Source: Candidatus Latescibacterota bacterium (GTDB lineage: Bacteria > Latescibacterota > UBA2968 > SICM01). From it: a DNA stretch of 64,000 bases. Both the position numbers and the translations under genes were made by a program. The stretch is taken from positions 4,800,001-4,864,000 of the forward strand of contig CBDCJO010000002.1 of assembly GCA_965217865.1 (NCBI GenBank). Reading direction: 5' to 3'. Below the pieces are notes generated by a model, which was not told the origin of the DNA, ran no database searches, and saw nothing but the letters and a program-made list of their open reading frames with translations. Shown here one piece after another: positions 31,135 to 41,381 of the stretch (the first letter of the stretch is position 1; every line of letters begins with the position of its first letter).

Positions 31135-32391
31135 GTGGTAAAGAAAAATAAAAAGTTGTTGTCGATCCTCGGTCCGGGAATCCTGGTGGCCGCCACTGGA
31201 GTTGGTGCGGGGGACCTGGCCACTGCCTCGTTCGCGGGCACAAAGCTCGGATTGGCGGTTCTCTGGGCTGTTCTTCTGGGGGCGATCTTTAAATTTGTGC
31301 TCAATGAGGGATTGACCCGCTGGCAGCTTGCGACTGGGGACACTTTACTCGAAGGGGCTATGAACCATTTAGGCCGTCCCGCTCGGTACATCTTTATGAT
31401 CTACCTTTTGGCCTGGAGCTTTATGGTTGCCGCTGCCTTGATGAGCGCCTGCGGAGCGGCCGCACATGCGATTTCCCCTTTCTTTCACGATCCATCGAGG
31501 GGTAAGATTGTCTACGGAATCATACTGAGTATCATCGGCGTTGTTCTTGTCCGTGTGGGCGGTTACCGGCTGTTTGAAAAGGTGATGAGCCTCAGTATCG
31601 GATTGATGTTCATCACCGTTGTCGTGACGGCCATCCTGTTGAAGCCTGATTTGAGTGAGTTGATGAAAGGGCTTCTGTTCCCAACCATTCCCCAACTTGA
31701 AGGTGACGGACTGCCGTGGACGATCGCACTTATGGGCGGTGTCGGCGGAACCGTAACGGTCCTCTGTTATGGATACTGGATCCGGGAGGAAGGGCGGTTC
31801 AGTGGCGAAGACTTAAGGGTCTGCCGAATCGACCTGGCTGTGGGTTATGGAATGACCTTACTTTTCGGCCTGGCGATGGTGGTCATCGGCAGCACGATTC
31901 AGGTCGAAGGAGGCGGGGCCGCCCTGGTGATCAGATTGGCGGATAAGCTGGTTGATCAATTAGGTTTGATCGGAAGGTGGGCTTTTCTGCTGGGCGCTTT
32001 CGGCGCCGTTTTCAGCAGCCTTCTGGGGGTCTGGCAGAGCATTCCTTATCTCTTTGCAGACCTCTGGGGGAAGGTCGGAAATAGCAATCCGACCCGAAAT
32101 CGGGTCGTCGATGTCCATTCGAAACCCTACCGCTGGTACCTGTACGGCATGGCCATCATTCCGATGCTCGGGTTGTGGGTCGGGTTCGCAAAAATGCAGA
32201 AGCTTTACGCGATCTTCGGGGCGCTATTTATTCCCATGCTGGCCTTCACACTTCTGCTTCTGAACGGCCGAACGGAATGGGTGGGAGCACGCTACCGAAA
32301 TCGTCCCCTGACATCCGCCTTTCTGATCGTGATCCTGATGTTTTTCTTGATGGCAGCCTGGTTGACGATTCGTAAGGTGTTCGGGATGTAG
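31135..32391 (+). CDS. NRAMP-like (APC superfamily) transporter
   Basis: 'GPGILVAATGVGAGDL', about 11 TM segments. Confidence 0.85.
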   Translation: MVKKNKKLLSILGPGILVAATGVGAGDLATASFAGTKLGLAVLWAVLLGAIFKFVLNEGLTRWQLATGDTLLEGAMNHLGRPARYIFMIYLLAWSFMVAAALMSACGAAAHAISPFFHDPSRGKIVYGIILSIIGVVLVRVGGYRLFEKVMSLSIGLMFITVVVTAILLKPDLSELMKGLLFPTIPQLEGDGLPWTIALMGGVGGTVTVLCYGYWIREEGRFSGEDLRVCRIDLAVGYGMTLLFGLAMVVIGSTIQVEGGGAALVIRLADKLVDQLGLIGRWAFLLGAFGAVFSSLLGVWQSIPYLFADLWGKVGNSNPTRNRVVDVHSKPYRWYLYGMAIIPMLGLWVGFAKMQKLYAIFGALFIPMLAFTLLLLNGRTEWVGARYRNRPLTSAFLIVILMFFLMAAWLTIRKVFGM

Positions 32392-32442
32392 GGGGAAGCT
32401 TATTGAAGAGTGGAGGAGGAGAAAAATCAATTATCTTCTAAA

Positions 32443-32555
32443 AGCGCGGAATGAATTCCCACGCTACGTATACAAAGTCCGCCGCAGGCGGACTGTCCCA
32501 ACCCCATCCTTCGACTGCGTTCCAAAAAAAAAAGCGGAACTCCGCTCAGGAGGTT
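32443..32555. repeat. Cluster of REP-like palindromes between convergent genes
   Basis: GCGGAATGAATTCCCACGCTAC (reverse-complement GTAG type), AGTCCGCC-gca-GGCGGACT, CCTTCGACTGCG...CGCTCAGG. Confidence 0.6.
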
Positions 32556-32576
32556 CTCATTTTGGTTATGATTCTC

Positions 32577-35297
32577 CTAACTATCGCGGAATACCTTTCG
32601 ATCAGCGGTAGTCTGCCGTTTAATTTGCATTTTCCATTTTTCACTTTTCATTTCCCCGTTGACCTCCGATCTCTGGCCTCTTACACCCTGACTTTGGTGG
32701 CCGACGGCCAGCCTCCCGTCCTCCAGGCCGATTGTGATCCGGGCGCCGGCTTCGATCTCTCCTCCGATGATGGATCGTCCAATTCGGGTCTCGAGCTCCC
32801 GCTGCAGGAACCGCTTGAGCGGGCGGGCGCCGTAGACCGGATCGAAACTCTCCCGGGCGATGAACGCCCGCGCCGTATCGCTCATCTCCAGATGAATTCC
32901 CTGATCCTCCAGGCGTTCCGTCAATTCCTCGGTCAGCAGATCCACGATTTTCTCGATTTCGTCCAGCCTCAGGGGTTTGAAGAGCACGATGTCATCAACC
33001 CGGTTTAGAAACTCCGGCCGGAAGTGCTCTTGCATCTCCCGAATCACCGCGTCGCGGGCGTTCTCCTGTATCCGGCCGTCTTCGGTCACACCCTCCAGCA
33101 AGTCCGGTGAGCCGACGTTGGAGGTCAAGATGATCACGGTGTTTTTGAAATCGACCGTTCGACCCTGAGCGTCCGTCAGGCGCCCATCGTCGAGGATCTG
33201 GAGGAGTATGTTGAAGACGTCGTGATGGGCTTTTTCGATTTCATCGAAGAGGAGCACCGAAAAAGGCTTTCTACGCACGGCCTCGGTCAGCTGGCCGCCC
33301 TCCTCATAACCCACATATCCCGGAGGGGCGCCGACCAGTCGCGATATAGTATGCTTTTCCATGTATTCGCTCATGTCGATGCGGACCATATTCTCCTCGC
33401 TGTCGAACAGCGTCTCGGCCAGGGTCTTCGCCAGCTCTGTTTTACCCACACCCGTCGGTCCCAGGAATATGAACGAACCGATCGGCCGACGCGGGTCATT
33501 GATGCCCGCCCGCGCGCGTATCACCGCATCGGCAACGAGAGAGACGGCTTCGTCCTGGCCCACCACCCGTCGGTGTAAAATCTCATCCAGGCGCAGAAGC
33601 TTCTCCCGCTCCCCCTCCACAAGGCGGGTCAAGGGGATTCCGGTCCAGCGGGACACGATCTCGGCGATCTCGTCTTCCGTCACTTCCTCCCTGAGGAGCC
33701 GGGTCCCTTCCTGTTGTCCGTTCATGTTTTCCTCGTGTCCCTTCAAACGCCGCTCCAGTTCGGGGAGGCGCCCGTGCTTCAGCTCGGCTGCGCGGTTCAG
33801 GTCGTACTTGCGCTCGGCGTCCTCGATCTCTCGACGCATCTGCTCGATCTCCTCGCGGAAACCGCGGACCTCCTGGATGGCCTCCTTCTCCGCCTCCCAC
33901 TGGGCGCGCATTCCATCGGCTTGTGTCTTCAGGTCGGCAAGCTCCTTTTCCAATATTTCCAGCCGTTCCTTGCTCGCCTTGTCCTTTTCTTTCTTTAGCG
34001 CGGCCTTTTCGATCTCCAGCTGCATCACCCGGCGGGTCGTCTGATCCAATTCCGCGGGCATCGAGTCGATCTCGGTACGGACCATCGCGCAGGCTTCGTC
34101 CACCAGGTCGATCGCCTTATCTGGCAGGAAACGGTCGGATATATAACGATTTGAGAGCACGGCGGCGTTCACTAGGGCGTTGTCCTGGATCCGGACCCCG
34201 TGATGCACCTCGAACCGCTCGCGGAGCCCCCTGAGGACCGAGATGGTGTCTTCAACGGAAGGAGGATCCACCATAACGGGCTGGAACCGCCGTTCGAGGG
34301 CGGCGTCCTTTTCGATATATTTGCGGTATTCGTCCAGAGTCGTCGCGCCGATGCAGTGCAGCTCCCCACGGGCGAGCATGGGCTTGAGCATATTACCCGC
34401 ATCGGTGGATCCTTCTGTCCGGCCGGCCCCCACAATATTGTGGACTTCGTCGATGAACAGGAGGATTCGGCCTTCACTCTGTTTGATTTCGTTCAGGACG
34501 GCCTTGAGTCGCTCCTCGAACTCACCCCGGTACTTTGCTCCGGCCATGAGCGCGCCCATGTCCAGGGAAAAGATCGACCGCTCTTTCAACCATTCGGGCA
34601 CATCGCCCCGGACGATTCGCTGGGCAAGCCCCTCGACGATTGCGGTCTTACCCACACCGGGTTCTCCGATCAAAACGGGGTTGTTCTTCGTCTTCCGGGA
34701 GAGAATCCGAACGACACGGCGGATCTCCGAATCGCGCCCGATCACAGGATCCAGTTTCCCCCTTTGGGCCAGTGAAACCAGGTCGGTCCCATATTTCTCC
34801 AGGGCTTCGTAGGCCGCCTCGGGCATCGCGCTGGTCACCCTCTGGTTTCCGCGCAGTTTTGTGAGAGCAGACAGAAAATCTTCCCGGGTCACCTTTAACC
34901 TGTTCAGGATCTTACCCGACGGAGTCGAATTCCCCTCCCCGATCAGCGCGAGGGTGAGGTGCTCCACGGATACATATTCGTCTTTGAGCCGCTTGGACTC
35001 GTCCTCGGCCTGAACGAACAGCCTCTGAAAACGTTGGGTCACATAAATCTTATCCGCCTCTCTCCCAGGCCCCGAGACTTGGGGACGGCGGCTCACCTCC
35101 TGTTCAATCTCCTTTTGAAGGGCATCGACCGGGACGTCCATCCGCTCCAGGATTCGAGGAAAAACCCCGCCGGCTTGTTCGAGCAGAGCCAGGAGCAGAT
35201 GTTCCCCATCCACCTCCTGGTGTCCGTAGCGCAAAGCTTTTGTTTGCGCGGACTGCAAGGCTTCCTGGGATTTCTGTGTCAATCTGTTGATGTCCAT
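32577..35297 (-). CDS. clpB: ATP-dependent chaperone ClpB
   Basis: 'LDPVIGRD', GEPGVGKT, '[13 protein letters not shown]', M-domain coiled coil, GPTGVGKT, 'GAPPGYVGY', 'YGARPLKR'. Confidence 0.97.
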   Translation of the reverse strand: MDINRLTQKSQEALQSAQTKALRYGHQEVDGEHLLLALLEQAGGVFPRILERMDVPVDALQKEIEQEVSRRPQVSGPGREADKIYVTQRFQRLFVQAEDESKRLKDEYVSVEHLTLALIGEGNSTPSGKILNRLKVTREDFLSALTKLRGNQRVTSAMPEAAYEALEKYGTDLVSLAQRGKLDPVIGRDSEIRRVVRILSRKTKNNPVLIGEPGVGKTAIVEGLAQRIVRGDVPEWLKERSIFSLDMGALMAGAKYRGEFEERLKAVLNEIKQSEGRILLFIDEVHNIVGAGRTEGSTDAGNMLKPMLARGELHCIGATTLDEYRKYIEKDAALERRFQPVMVDPPSVEDTISVLRGLRERFEVHHGVRIQDNALVNAAVLSNRYISDRFLPDKAIDLVDEACAMVRTEIDSMPAELDQTTRRVMQLEIEKAALKKEKDKASKERLEILEKELADLKTQADGMRAQWEAEKEAIQEVRGFREEIEQMRREIEDAERKYDLNRAAELKHGRLPELERRLKGHEENMNGQQEGTRLLREEVTEDEIAEIVSRWTGIPLTRLVEGEREKLLRLDEILHRRVVGQDEAVSLVADAVIRARAGINDPRRPIGSFIFLGPTGVGKTELAKTLAETLFDSEENMVRIDMSEYMEKHTISRLVGAPPGYVGYEEGGQLTEAVRRKPFSVLLFDEIEKAHHDVFNILLQILDDGRLTDAQGRTVDFKNTVIILTSNVGSPDLLEGVTEDGRIQENARDAVIREMQEHFRPEFLNRVDDIVLFKPLRLDEIEKIVDLLTEELTERLEDQGIHLEMSDTARAFIARESFDPVYGARPLKRFLQRELETRIGRSIIGGEIEAGARITIGLEDGRLAVGHQSQGVRGQRSEVNGEMKSEKWKMQIKRQTTADRKVFRDS

Positions 35298-35438
35298 TCA
35301 CGTCTCCTTTAGGGTCTTACATTTCAACTAGGTGGTTCAGCATAATAGAAATGATATGAGTAATGGCTTTAAGTTCGTCGAGCCCGGATAGATCAAATTG
35401 CAAAAAAAACAGATTTTTTCTTCTAAGAAGATCTTTAT

Positions 35439-35453
35439 GCAACCATTGTGCCA
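35439..35453 (-). promoter_or_regulatory. Sigma54 (-24/-12) promoter upstream of clpB
   Basis: TGGCACAATGGTTGC(A): exact GG-N10-GC spacing and consensus match, ~140 nt upstream of the ATG. Confidence 0.8.
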
Positions 35454-35779
35454 GATCCAAATCGATGTCTATATCACATTGTTATATTTATACTTATAAT
35501 AAAATTTTGCACGATCCAAATAATGGGACGGATTGAGAGGCTTCGGTTGGCAGCATTTCATACAGCCATGTGCCATATGGCATATATCTATGAGGTCCGG
35601 AATTTAAGAAGGGAAGAGGGGAAGTTCCACCGGTTGGAAAGATTCTATGGAGCTTCATCGGATCTTTTTGGCCGTGGCTCTGTCCAAGCGGGCGGAGGCG
35701 GCGGTATCAGGTCCCGGTGAAGTAAAAGGGGATCCTCCGGTTGTTCTGGCCGGAGGCCTTATTTGTGAGGAGGTGGTCG

Positions 35780-36880
35780 TTATGTTTTTCCGATGGAATC
35801 CGTTCCTTGATCCAGTTGAACATTCTGGGTTGGAAGGGCGATGTGCAGCCCAATCTCCTCAAGCAATTCCATAAACTTCAAGTTGATCTCCTCCCGAACC
35901 CGCAGGTGCTCTTCCCATGCAGTCGATTTGGTGAAATAATACACCATGATGTCGCGGGAATATTCGCCGAAATCGGTAAACTTGACGAGCAGGAAGGAGC
36001 CCTGATCGACCCCGGGATGGGCCTTCAGATAGGCTTGGATCCTCTGTAACGCAGTCCGCATCTGTTCTGCGGTCGCGTAATGGGGGACCCGCACAGTTAT
36101 CCAGACTCGACGAGCGGGTCTGAGGTTGACGTTATCGATCACGAACTCGGCGAGCCGGCTGTTGGGAATGGTAATCAGGGTCTGGTCGAAGGTTCGAATG
36201 CGTGTGCTCCGGAACCCGACCTGCTCGACCACGCCCTCGATGTTCCTGTCAGGTGAACGGATCCAGTCTCCTATTACAAAGGGCCGGTCCACGAGGAGCA
36301 TCACCGAACCGAAAAGATCGGACAGTGTCTTCTGGGCGGCAAGGGCAACGGCAAGGCCCCCAACCCCCAGGCCGGCGATCAATCCGGATATGGAGTAGCC
36401 CATGTTCTGGAAGATCATCAATCCGGCCAGGATGGCAACGGCGATCTTGGCCGCACGGCCGACAAGGGGAACGAGCTGGTTGTCGAGGGTGGTGTCGGTC
36501 TTTTCAGCCCAACGGTGGAGGATTATCGTGAGGACATTCACCAGTCGCAGCATAAACCAGCACAGGAGGACCACGATCATGAGCGAGAAGACCGTGTTAA
36601 TCCCTTTTTCGAACCCTGAGGGAGGATTAAAGCTATGGACTGCGAAGTACAGGCCAATCAGGACAACGGTCATTCCGATTGGTTTCTTCAGCGCTTCGAG
36701 CAGGAGATCGTCCAGGTCTGTTTTGGTCAACCGGGTGAGTTTGGCTCCATAACGATTAAGCGCAAAAAGCAGGATCTTGCGGAAGATGAGGGAGCCTAGG
36801 ACAAACCCGAAGGCAAGGATTAGCTGATACGGAGATATCACCAGTAATACCTGTTGGTAAAGCGACTCGAAATCTTTCAT
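35780..36880 (-). CDS. Small-conductance mechanosensitive channel (MscS family)
   Basis: 'GLGVGGLAVALAAQ', 'DRPF.IGDWI', 'GVVEQVGFRSTRIRT', 'IPNS'. Confidence 0.92.
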   Translation of the reverse strand: MKDFESLYQQVLLVISPYQLILAFGFVLGSLIFRKILLFALNRYGAKLTRLTKTDLDDLLLEALKKPIGMTVVLIGLYFAVHSFNPPSGFEKGINTVFSLMIVVLLCWFMLRLVNVLTIILHRWAEKTDTTLDNQLVPLVGRAAKIAVAILAGLMIFQNMGYSISGLIAGLGVGGLAVALAAQKTLSDLFGSVMLLVDRPFVIGDWIRSPDRNIEGVVEQVGFRSTRIRTFDQTLITIPNSRLAEFVIDNVNLRPARRVWITVRVPHYATAEQMRTALQRIQAYLKAHPGVDQGSFLLVKFTDFGEYSRDIMVYYFTKSTAWEEHLRVREEINLKFMELLEEIGLHIALPTQNVQLDQGTDSIGKT

Positions 36881-37148
36881 GCTTCAGAGCTCCTTTTATT
36901 CTTATAGGTGACGGTCTCTGTGGAATGTGAGTTTCATGTCCTGTTTCTAGAACCGAAAGTTTACGAAACGGACCTTGATTCGTCAATCGAAAAAGCCGTG
37001 TAAGAAACCGTTCAGTCAAGTTCAAATATTTGTGTACGAACAGGATATCAATAAACGGTAATATGCGCCCCGCCGGGGAAACCAACCCGTAATTTGGAGA
37101 TCGGATTGATATAAGCACGGGTAATCACTTGACATCCCGTGTCGTGGG

Positions 37149-37806
37149 ATGAATATTGCCTTTCCGAGGAGGACGCTTCTAAATGAAAAACATCAGACTT
37201 ATCGTTCTATTCATCCTGGCTATCATTCTGGTATTTACAGGATTTTTTGTTTTTCAAGGTCGTGAAGTGGACGGCCCCCACCGGAGGATTCTCTCCAGGA
37301 TCCGAAGTAACGGTAAATTGATCGTCTTAACCCGCAACGCCCCGACGACATATTACGAAGGTGCAGATGGACCGAGGGGATTCGAGTTCGATCTGGTGAG
37401 TGCCTTCGCCGACCATCTTGGCGTGAAGATTGAGCTGAAGGTCCTGGACAGCATTGCTGAAATTCTAAGGGAGATGATATGAATATTGCCTTTCCGAGGA
37501 GGACGCTTCTAAATGAAAAACATCAGACTTATCGTTCTATTCATCCTGGCTATCATTCTGGTATTTACAGGATTTTTTGTTTTTCAAGGTCGTGAAGTGG
37601 ACGGCCCCCACCGGAGGATTCTCTCCAGGATCCGAAGTAACGGTAAATTGATCGTCTTAACCCGCAACGCCCCGACGACATATTACGAAGGTGCAGATGG
37701 ACCGAGGGGATTCGAGTTCGATCTGGTGAGTGCCTTCGCCGACCATCTTGGCGTGAAGATTGAGCTGAAGGTCCTGGACAGCATTGCTGAAATTCTAAGG
37801 GAGATG
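37149..37806 (+). repeat. Exact 328-bp tandem duplication of the mltF 5' region
   Basis: 37149-37476 equals 37479-37806, separated by 'AT'. Confidence 0.95.
37183..37482 (+). pseudogene. Truncated duplicate of the mltF N-terminus (99 aa)
   Basis: Identical to the first 98 aa of 37513..38901. Confidence 0.9.
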
Positions 37807-38901
37807 GAGAAGGGGGAGGGCGACATTGCAGCGGCCGGTTTGACCCGAACCGAAGAACGCGAGAAGAGATTCCTGTTTGGTCCCAGCTACTATACCGTTC
37901 AGCAGGAGTTGGTTTGTCGTCGTAATTCAAAAATCCCTCGAACCATAGAAGATCTCCCAAACTTTCAAATGTTAATAATTTCGGGGAGCAGTTACCTAGA
38001 AAGGCTTAAGGAATTGCAAGTCCGGTTTCCATCGATACAGTGGGAAACCACGGACGATCTTTCGACCGAACAAATACTGGAAAAGGTATGGAAAAGGGAA
38101 TTGGACTGCACTGTCGCAGACAGAAATATCGTCGCGATCAATCGGCGTTATTACCCACAGCTTATCGTCCCCTTTCCCATCAGTGGGGAACAGCCCCTGG
38201 CCTGGGTATTGAAGAATGGAGGGGAGGATCTAAAAACTGAAATCAAAAATTGGCTTGGCGAATTCCAGAAATCCGGACGTCTTGAGCTTTTGCGGAATAA
38301 ATATTATGCCCACGTCGAAATTTTCGATTATTTCGATGTCGCGGTATATCATAAACGCATTCGTACGCGGTTGCCGCTTTATCGGGAGTGGTTACAACAA
38401 GCGGGGAAAAAATACCGGATTCCGTGGACGCTACTTGCAGCGCAGGGATATCAGGAATCACATTGGGACCAGGAAGCGAGGAGCCCTACGGGTGTGAGAG
38501 GGATTATGATGCTGACCCAGAGGACCGCGGAGTCGCTGGGGGTTTCGGATCGAACCGATCCGTATCAGAGTATCGTGGGTGGGGCGAAATACCTTGCCCG
38601 GATGATCAAGCGTGTCCCGGAAACCGTCGCTGAGGAAGATCGATTAAGGTTTGCGCTTGCCGCTTATAACGTCGGGTTCGGGCATTTGTTGGATGCCCGG
38701 AAACTTGCCGATCGCCTGGGGAAGAACCCGGATATCTGGCCCGCGTTGAAAACCGTGTTGCCCCTGCTTTCTCAAAAGAAATATTACAAACAATTAAAAT
38801 ATGGTTATGCAAGAGGAACAGAGCCGGTTCGATATGTAGAACGGATCGAGAATTATCGAGATATCCTGGAACAGCATATGGATTCGATTCCAGCGTTATG
38901 A
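37513..38901 (+). CDS. mltF: Membrane-bound lytic murein transglycosylase F
   Basis: SBP3-like N domain, 'YQESHW', 'SPTGVRGIMMLT', 'ALAAYNVG', 'YGYARGTEPVRYV'. Confidence 0.93.
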   Translation: MKNIRLIVLFILAIILVFTGFFVFQGREVDGPHRRILSRIRSNGKLIVLTRNAPTTYYEGADGPRGFEFDLVSAFADHLGVKIELKVLDSIAEILREMEKGEGDIAAAGLTRTEEREKRFLFGPSYYTVQQELVCRRNSKIPRTIEDLPNFQMLIISGSSYLERLKELQVRFPSIQWETTDDLSTEQILEKVWKRELDCTVADRNIVAINRRYYPQLIVPFPISGEQPLAWVLKNGGEDLKTEIKNWLGEFQKSGRLELLRNKYYAHVEIFDYFDVAVYHKRIRTRLPLYREWLQQAGKKYRIPWTLLAAQGYQESHWDQEARSPTGVRGIMMLTQRTAESLGVSDRTDPYQSIVGGAKYLARMIKRVPETVAEEDRLRFALAAYNVGFGHLLDARKLADRLGKNPDIWPALKTVLPLLSQKKYYKQLKYGYARGTEPVRYVERIENYRDILEQHMDSIPAL

Positions 38902-39019
38902 TATTGCTGAATTCAGTCTCAAGATTTTTCGGATCTCCGTGGAATATAATGGACCCTTTCCTCGCGATTGACACCCGGACCTTCGACCTAATCGCGAAGC
39001 CGAGACTAAAGTCAGGGCC

Positions 39020-39435
39020 TTCTTTCAGCGCCAACGGGGCGTTGTCCCTTAACCCAGGCGAGCCGCCCTGGGTTGTGAAAAATACAATAGCGTCGTGCGC
39101 CTGAAGGCCTCGATAATTTCACTAGAAGATCCCTCACGCACCCTAGAGTTAATCGTATAATCCCTTTGATCTTGTGGGACCCGACTCCAGTCGGGGAATA
39201 AGGCTGTAGGCCATAATGAATGTCTCTTGTTTAAGGGATCCTGGCCCTTCAGAGCCAGTTCCCGGTCTGGAGACCGGTCCCACAAATATTGGCCACATAA
39301 TGCCAGGGGTCAATCCCTGACCCGCGTCATCTATAGGGTTGATCCGGATCGCGGACTGTTGGCCCGCTCGATTCTCGCATTCAAACCCAGCCCGTTGGGC
39401 TGGGCCAAGGAATCACGGGCCGTTGGCCCGCATAT
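39020..39435. repeat. REP/REPIN-like palindrome cluster, including a ~140-bp element repeated at 57.6 kb
   Basis: TTGTGGGACCCGAC...GGAGACCGGTCCCACAA at 39172-39285. Also AACCCAGG-cgagccgc-CCTGGGTT and CCCAGCCC-gtt-GGGCTGGG. Confidence 0.75.
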
Positions 39436-39586
39436 GCGTCGCCTCATAGAACCTCACTTTCCACCAAAAACTAGGAAGATCCTATTTTTCATATACCTGC
39501 GAAAAATTAACCCCTACCCTTTCGGGCAGGGGTTACGATATGGTAAACGAATCGATGTAAAAGCCTTATCGATCTCACTTCAACTT

Positions 39587-40528
39587 TTAAAACCTCCTGC
39601 CGAACCCGATGTAGAGCGCCGGACCGCCGAAGTCTCCCGGATTCCCGAGGGAGTCGTAGAAGCGGATCAGATTGTATCGGGCATCGACATTTATCGCATA
39701 GAGACGATCCTCGTCGACAACGACATCGAGACCGGCGTTGGCGTAGCCTCCGGCCGATACCGACAGGGTCGGAAAGTCGTTTCCGTTCAACGGGATCGGG
39801 ATGCCGATGTTTACGGATCGCCTCCCTTGTCCCGACCCTACGCCCACGTAAGGCTGATTGTTATAGTTATATATTGACGGAATTCCTTGATGATCCACCC
39901 TTATGATCGGTCCTAACCCGAATCCGATCCGCGGAACGACGCGTCCGGTATCCTTGAATCTCTGCTGAAGCCCGCTGAATAAACCGATGATCGAGACCCG
40001 GTTCGTGAATTCCGGCAGAGCGGCATCAAGCGACCCAAGGCGTCGGCCGTCGAAGGTAGAGAACTCTCCGCTCACATTGAAACCGAGAGTCGGCTTGATT
40101 CGACGGTCGTAGAGCATTCGGAACCCGAATCCGCCGCCGTCCGTCAGAGAAAAATAGAACGAAAGGGCATTCATCTGCTGGTTCAGCCCATAGCCCGGGT
40201 TGAAGATGTTCGTCTGGGCCGGGTATGCCCCCTGCTCCTGCCGTCGGACGGTATTTTCTACATTAATCATGTCCATCGGAAAAAGCCGGTCCCCGAAGGA
40301 AGATGTACCACTCCGGGTACCGCGGAGGGGGATTCCCTGGATCGTCACTCCCAGACTATCCCCCCCGACGTTTACAGATATACCTGATGTTCCTGTGTTT
40401 CCGATTATCCCCCGGCCAAATCCCGTGTCCGAGTCGATGGATCGGAAGTTTATCCGGCTGCCGGCACTCGATTCCCATGCAAAAATAAGAATCGGCGCAG
40501 CGATGAACAGGATGGTCCGGCGGATCAT
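39587..40528 (-). CDS. Putative outer-membrane beta-barrel protein
   Basis: Signal peptide, alternating Gly/aromatic strands, C-terminal 'LYIGFGRRF' with terminal Phe. Confidence 0.6.
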   Translation of the reverse strand: MIRRTILFIAAPILIFAWESSAGSRINFRSIDSDTGFGRGIIGNTGTSGISVNVGGDSLGVTIQGIPLRGTRSGTSSFGDRLFPMDMINVENTVRRQEQGAYPAQTNIFNPGYGLNQQMNALSFYFSLTDGGGFGFRMLYDRRIKPTLGFNVSGEFSTFDGRRLGSLDAALPEFTNRVSIIGLFSGLQQRFKDTGRVVPRIGFGLGPIIRVDHQGIPSIYNYNNQPYVGVGSGQGRRSVNIGIPIPLNGNDFPTLSVSAGGYANAGLDVVVDEDRLYAINVDARYNLIRFYDSLGNPGDFGGPALYIGFGRRF

Positions 40529-40705
40529 GGGGTCTCCTTTCGTAAGCCAAAGGCGTAAGGCCAGCTGGCATATGAAGCCGGCTTCCGAATTGGATCCGGC
40601 TGAGGACCCGGCTTGAAATCAAGAAATGTTGTTTGTTCGATTGAAACCAGGAATCACTTCGGTTTCGTGGCCAAAGAACGGCCAGGATTCATTAGAACAT
40701 GGAGC

Positions 40706-40720
40706 GCAATTACCGTACCA
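40706..40720 (-). promoter_or_regulatory. Sigma54 (-24/-12) promoter upstream of the beta-barrel gene
   Basis: TGGTACGGTAATTGC, GG-N10-GC. Confidence 0.7.
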
Positions 40721-40875
40721 GATTCAACGATCTTTTAAGAACGATCAACTTGCTATTTATAAAGAAAATATAACTGATTGGCCGAAAGTATAATCAGTTC
40801 AGATATGATGTTGAGATGGGACACTGTGATGCCCATTCACACTTTTGACCGTTTTTTACACGTATGGTTCCGAAA

Positions 40876-41284
40876 GTATGGTTCCGAAAAAACCGCTGCG
40901 GCTGGAGGAATCGGAAAATCCACGCTTTACGAATGGCTTCAGCGCGGCAGTGGGGAGGATGCGGAAAGCCCTTACAATGAATTCGTCGGCGCCATGGCAA
41001 CGGCACTTGCTGAAGCCGAAAGTGAGGCTCTGGGGCGCATCGAAAAGGCCGCACAGCCTCGCGAAGTCACGAAGACCCGAAAGATTTACAAAGGCGACAA
41101 GCTTGTGGAGATATCAGAAGACAAGCAGGTCCGTCCGGGGAGCTGTCAGGCGGCTGCCTGGCTGTTGGAGCGCCGATCCCCCGAGCGCTGGGGGCGAAGT
41201 CCGAAGGACCTGGAGGCGAGGGTCGAGGAACTGAAGAAACAGATTGCAGCACTGACCAGAGGTGAAACTAATCAGAAGTTGTGA
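40876..41284 (+). pseudogene. Phage terminase-small-subunit-like HTH protein, 5' end lost
   Basis: 'AAAGGIGKSTLYEWLQRG...AEAESEAL.RI..AA...QAAAWLLERR.PERWGR'. Preceded by a 14-bp tandem duplication GTATGGTTCCGAAA (40862-40889). Confidence 0.6.
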
Positions 41285-41381
41285 TGAGTGAACTTGCGGG
41301 AGGAGCTTGACGGCGGGCAGGTGCCCCTCATGGAGTGATTCTTCTGGCTCTTACGGACACTCCTGAGGAACATAAATTGTG

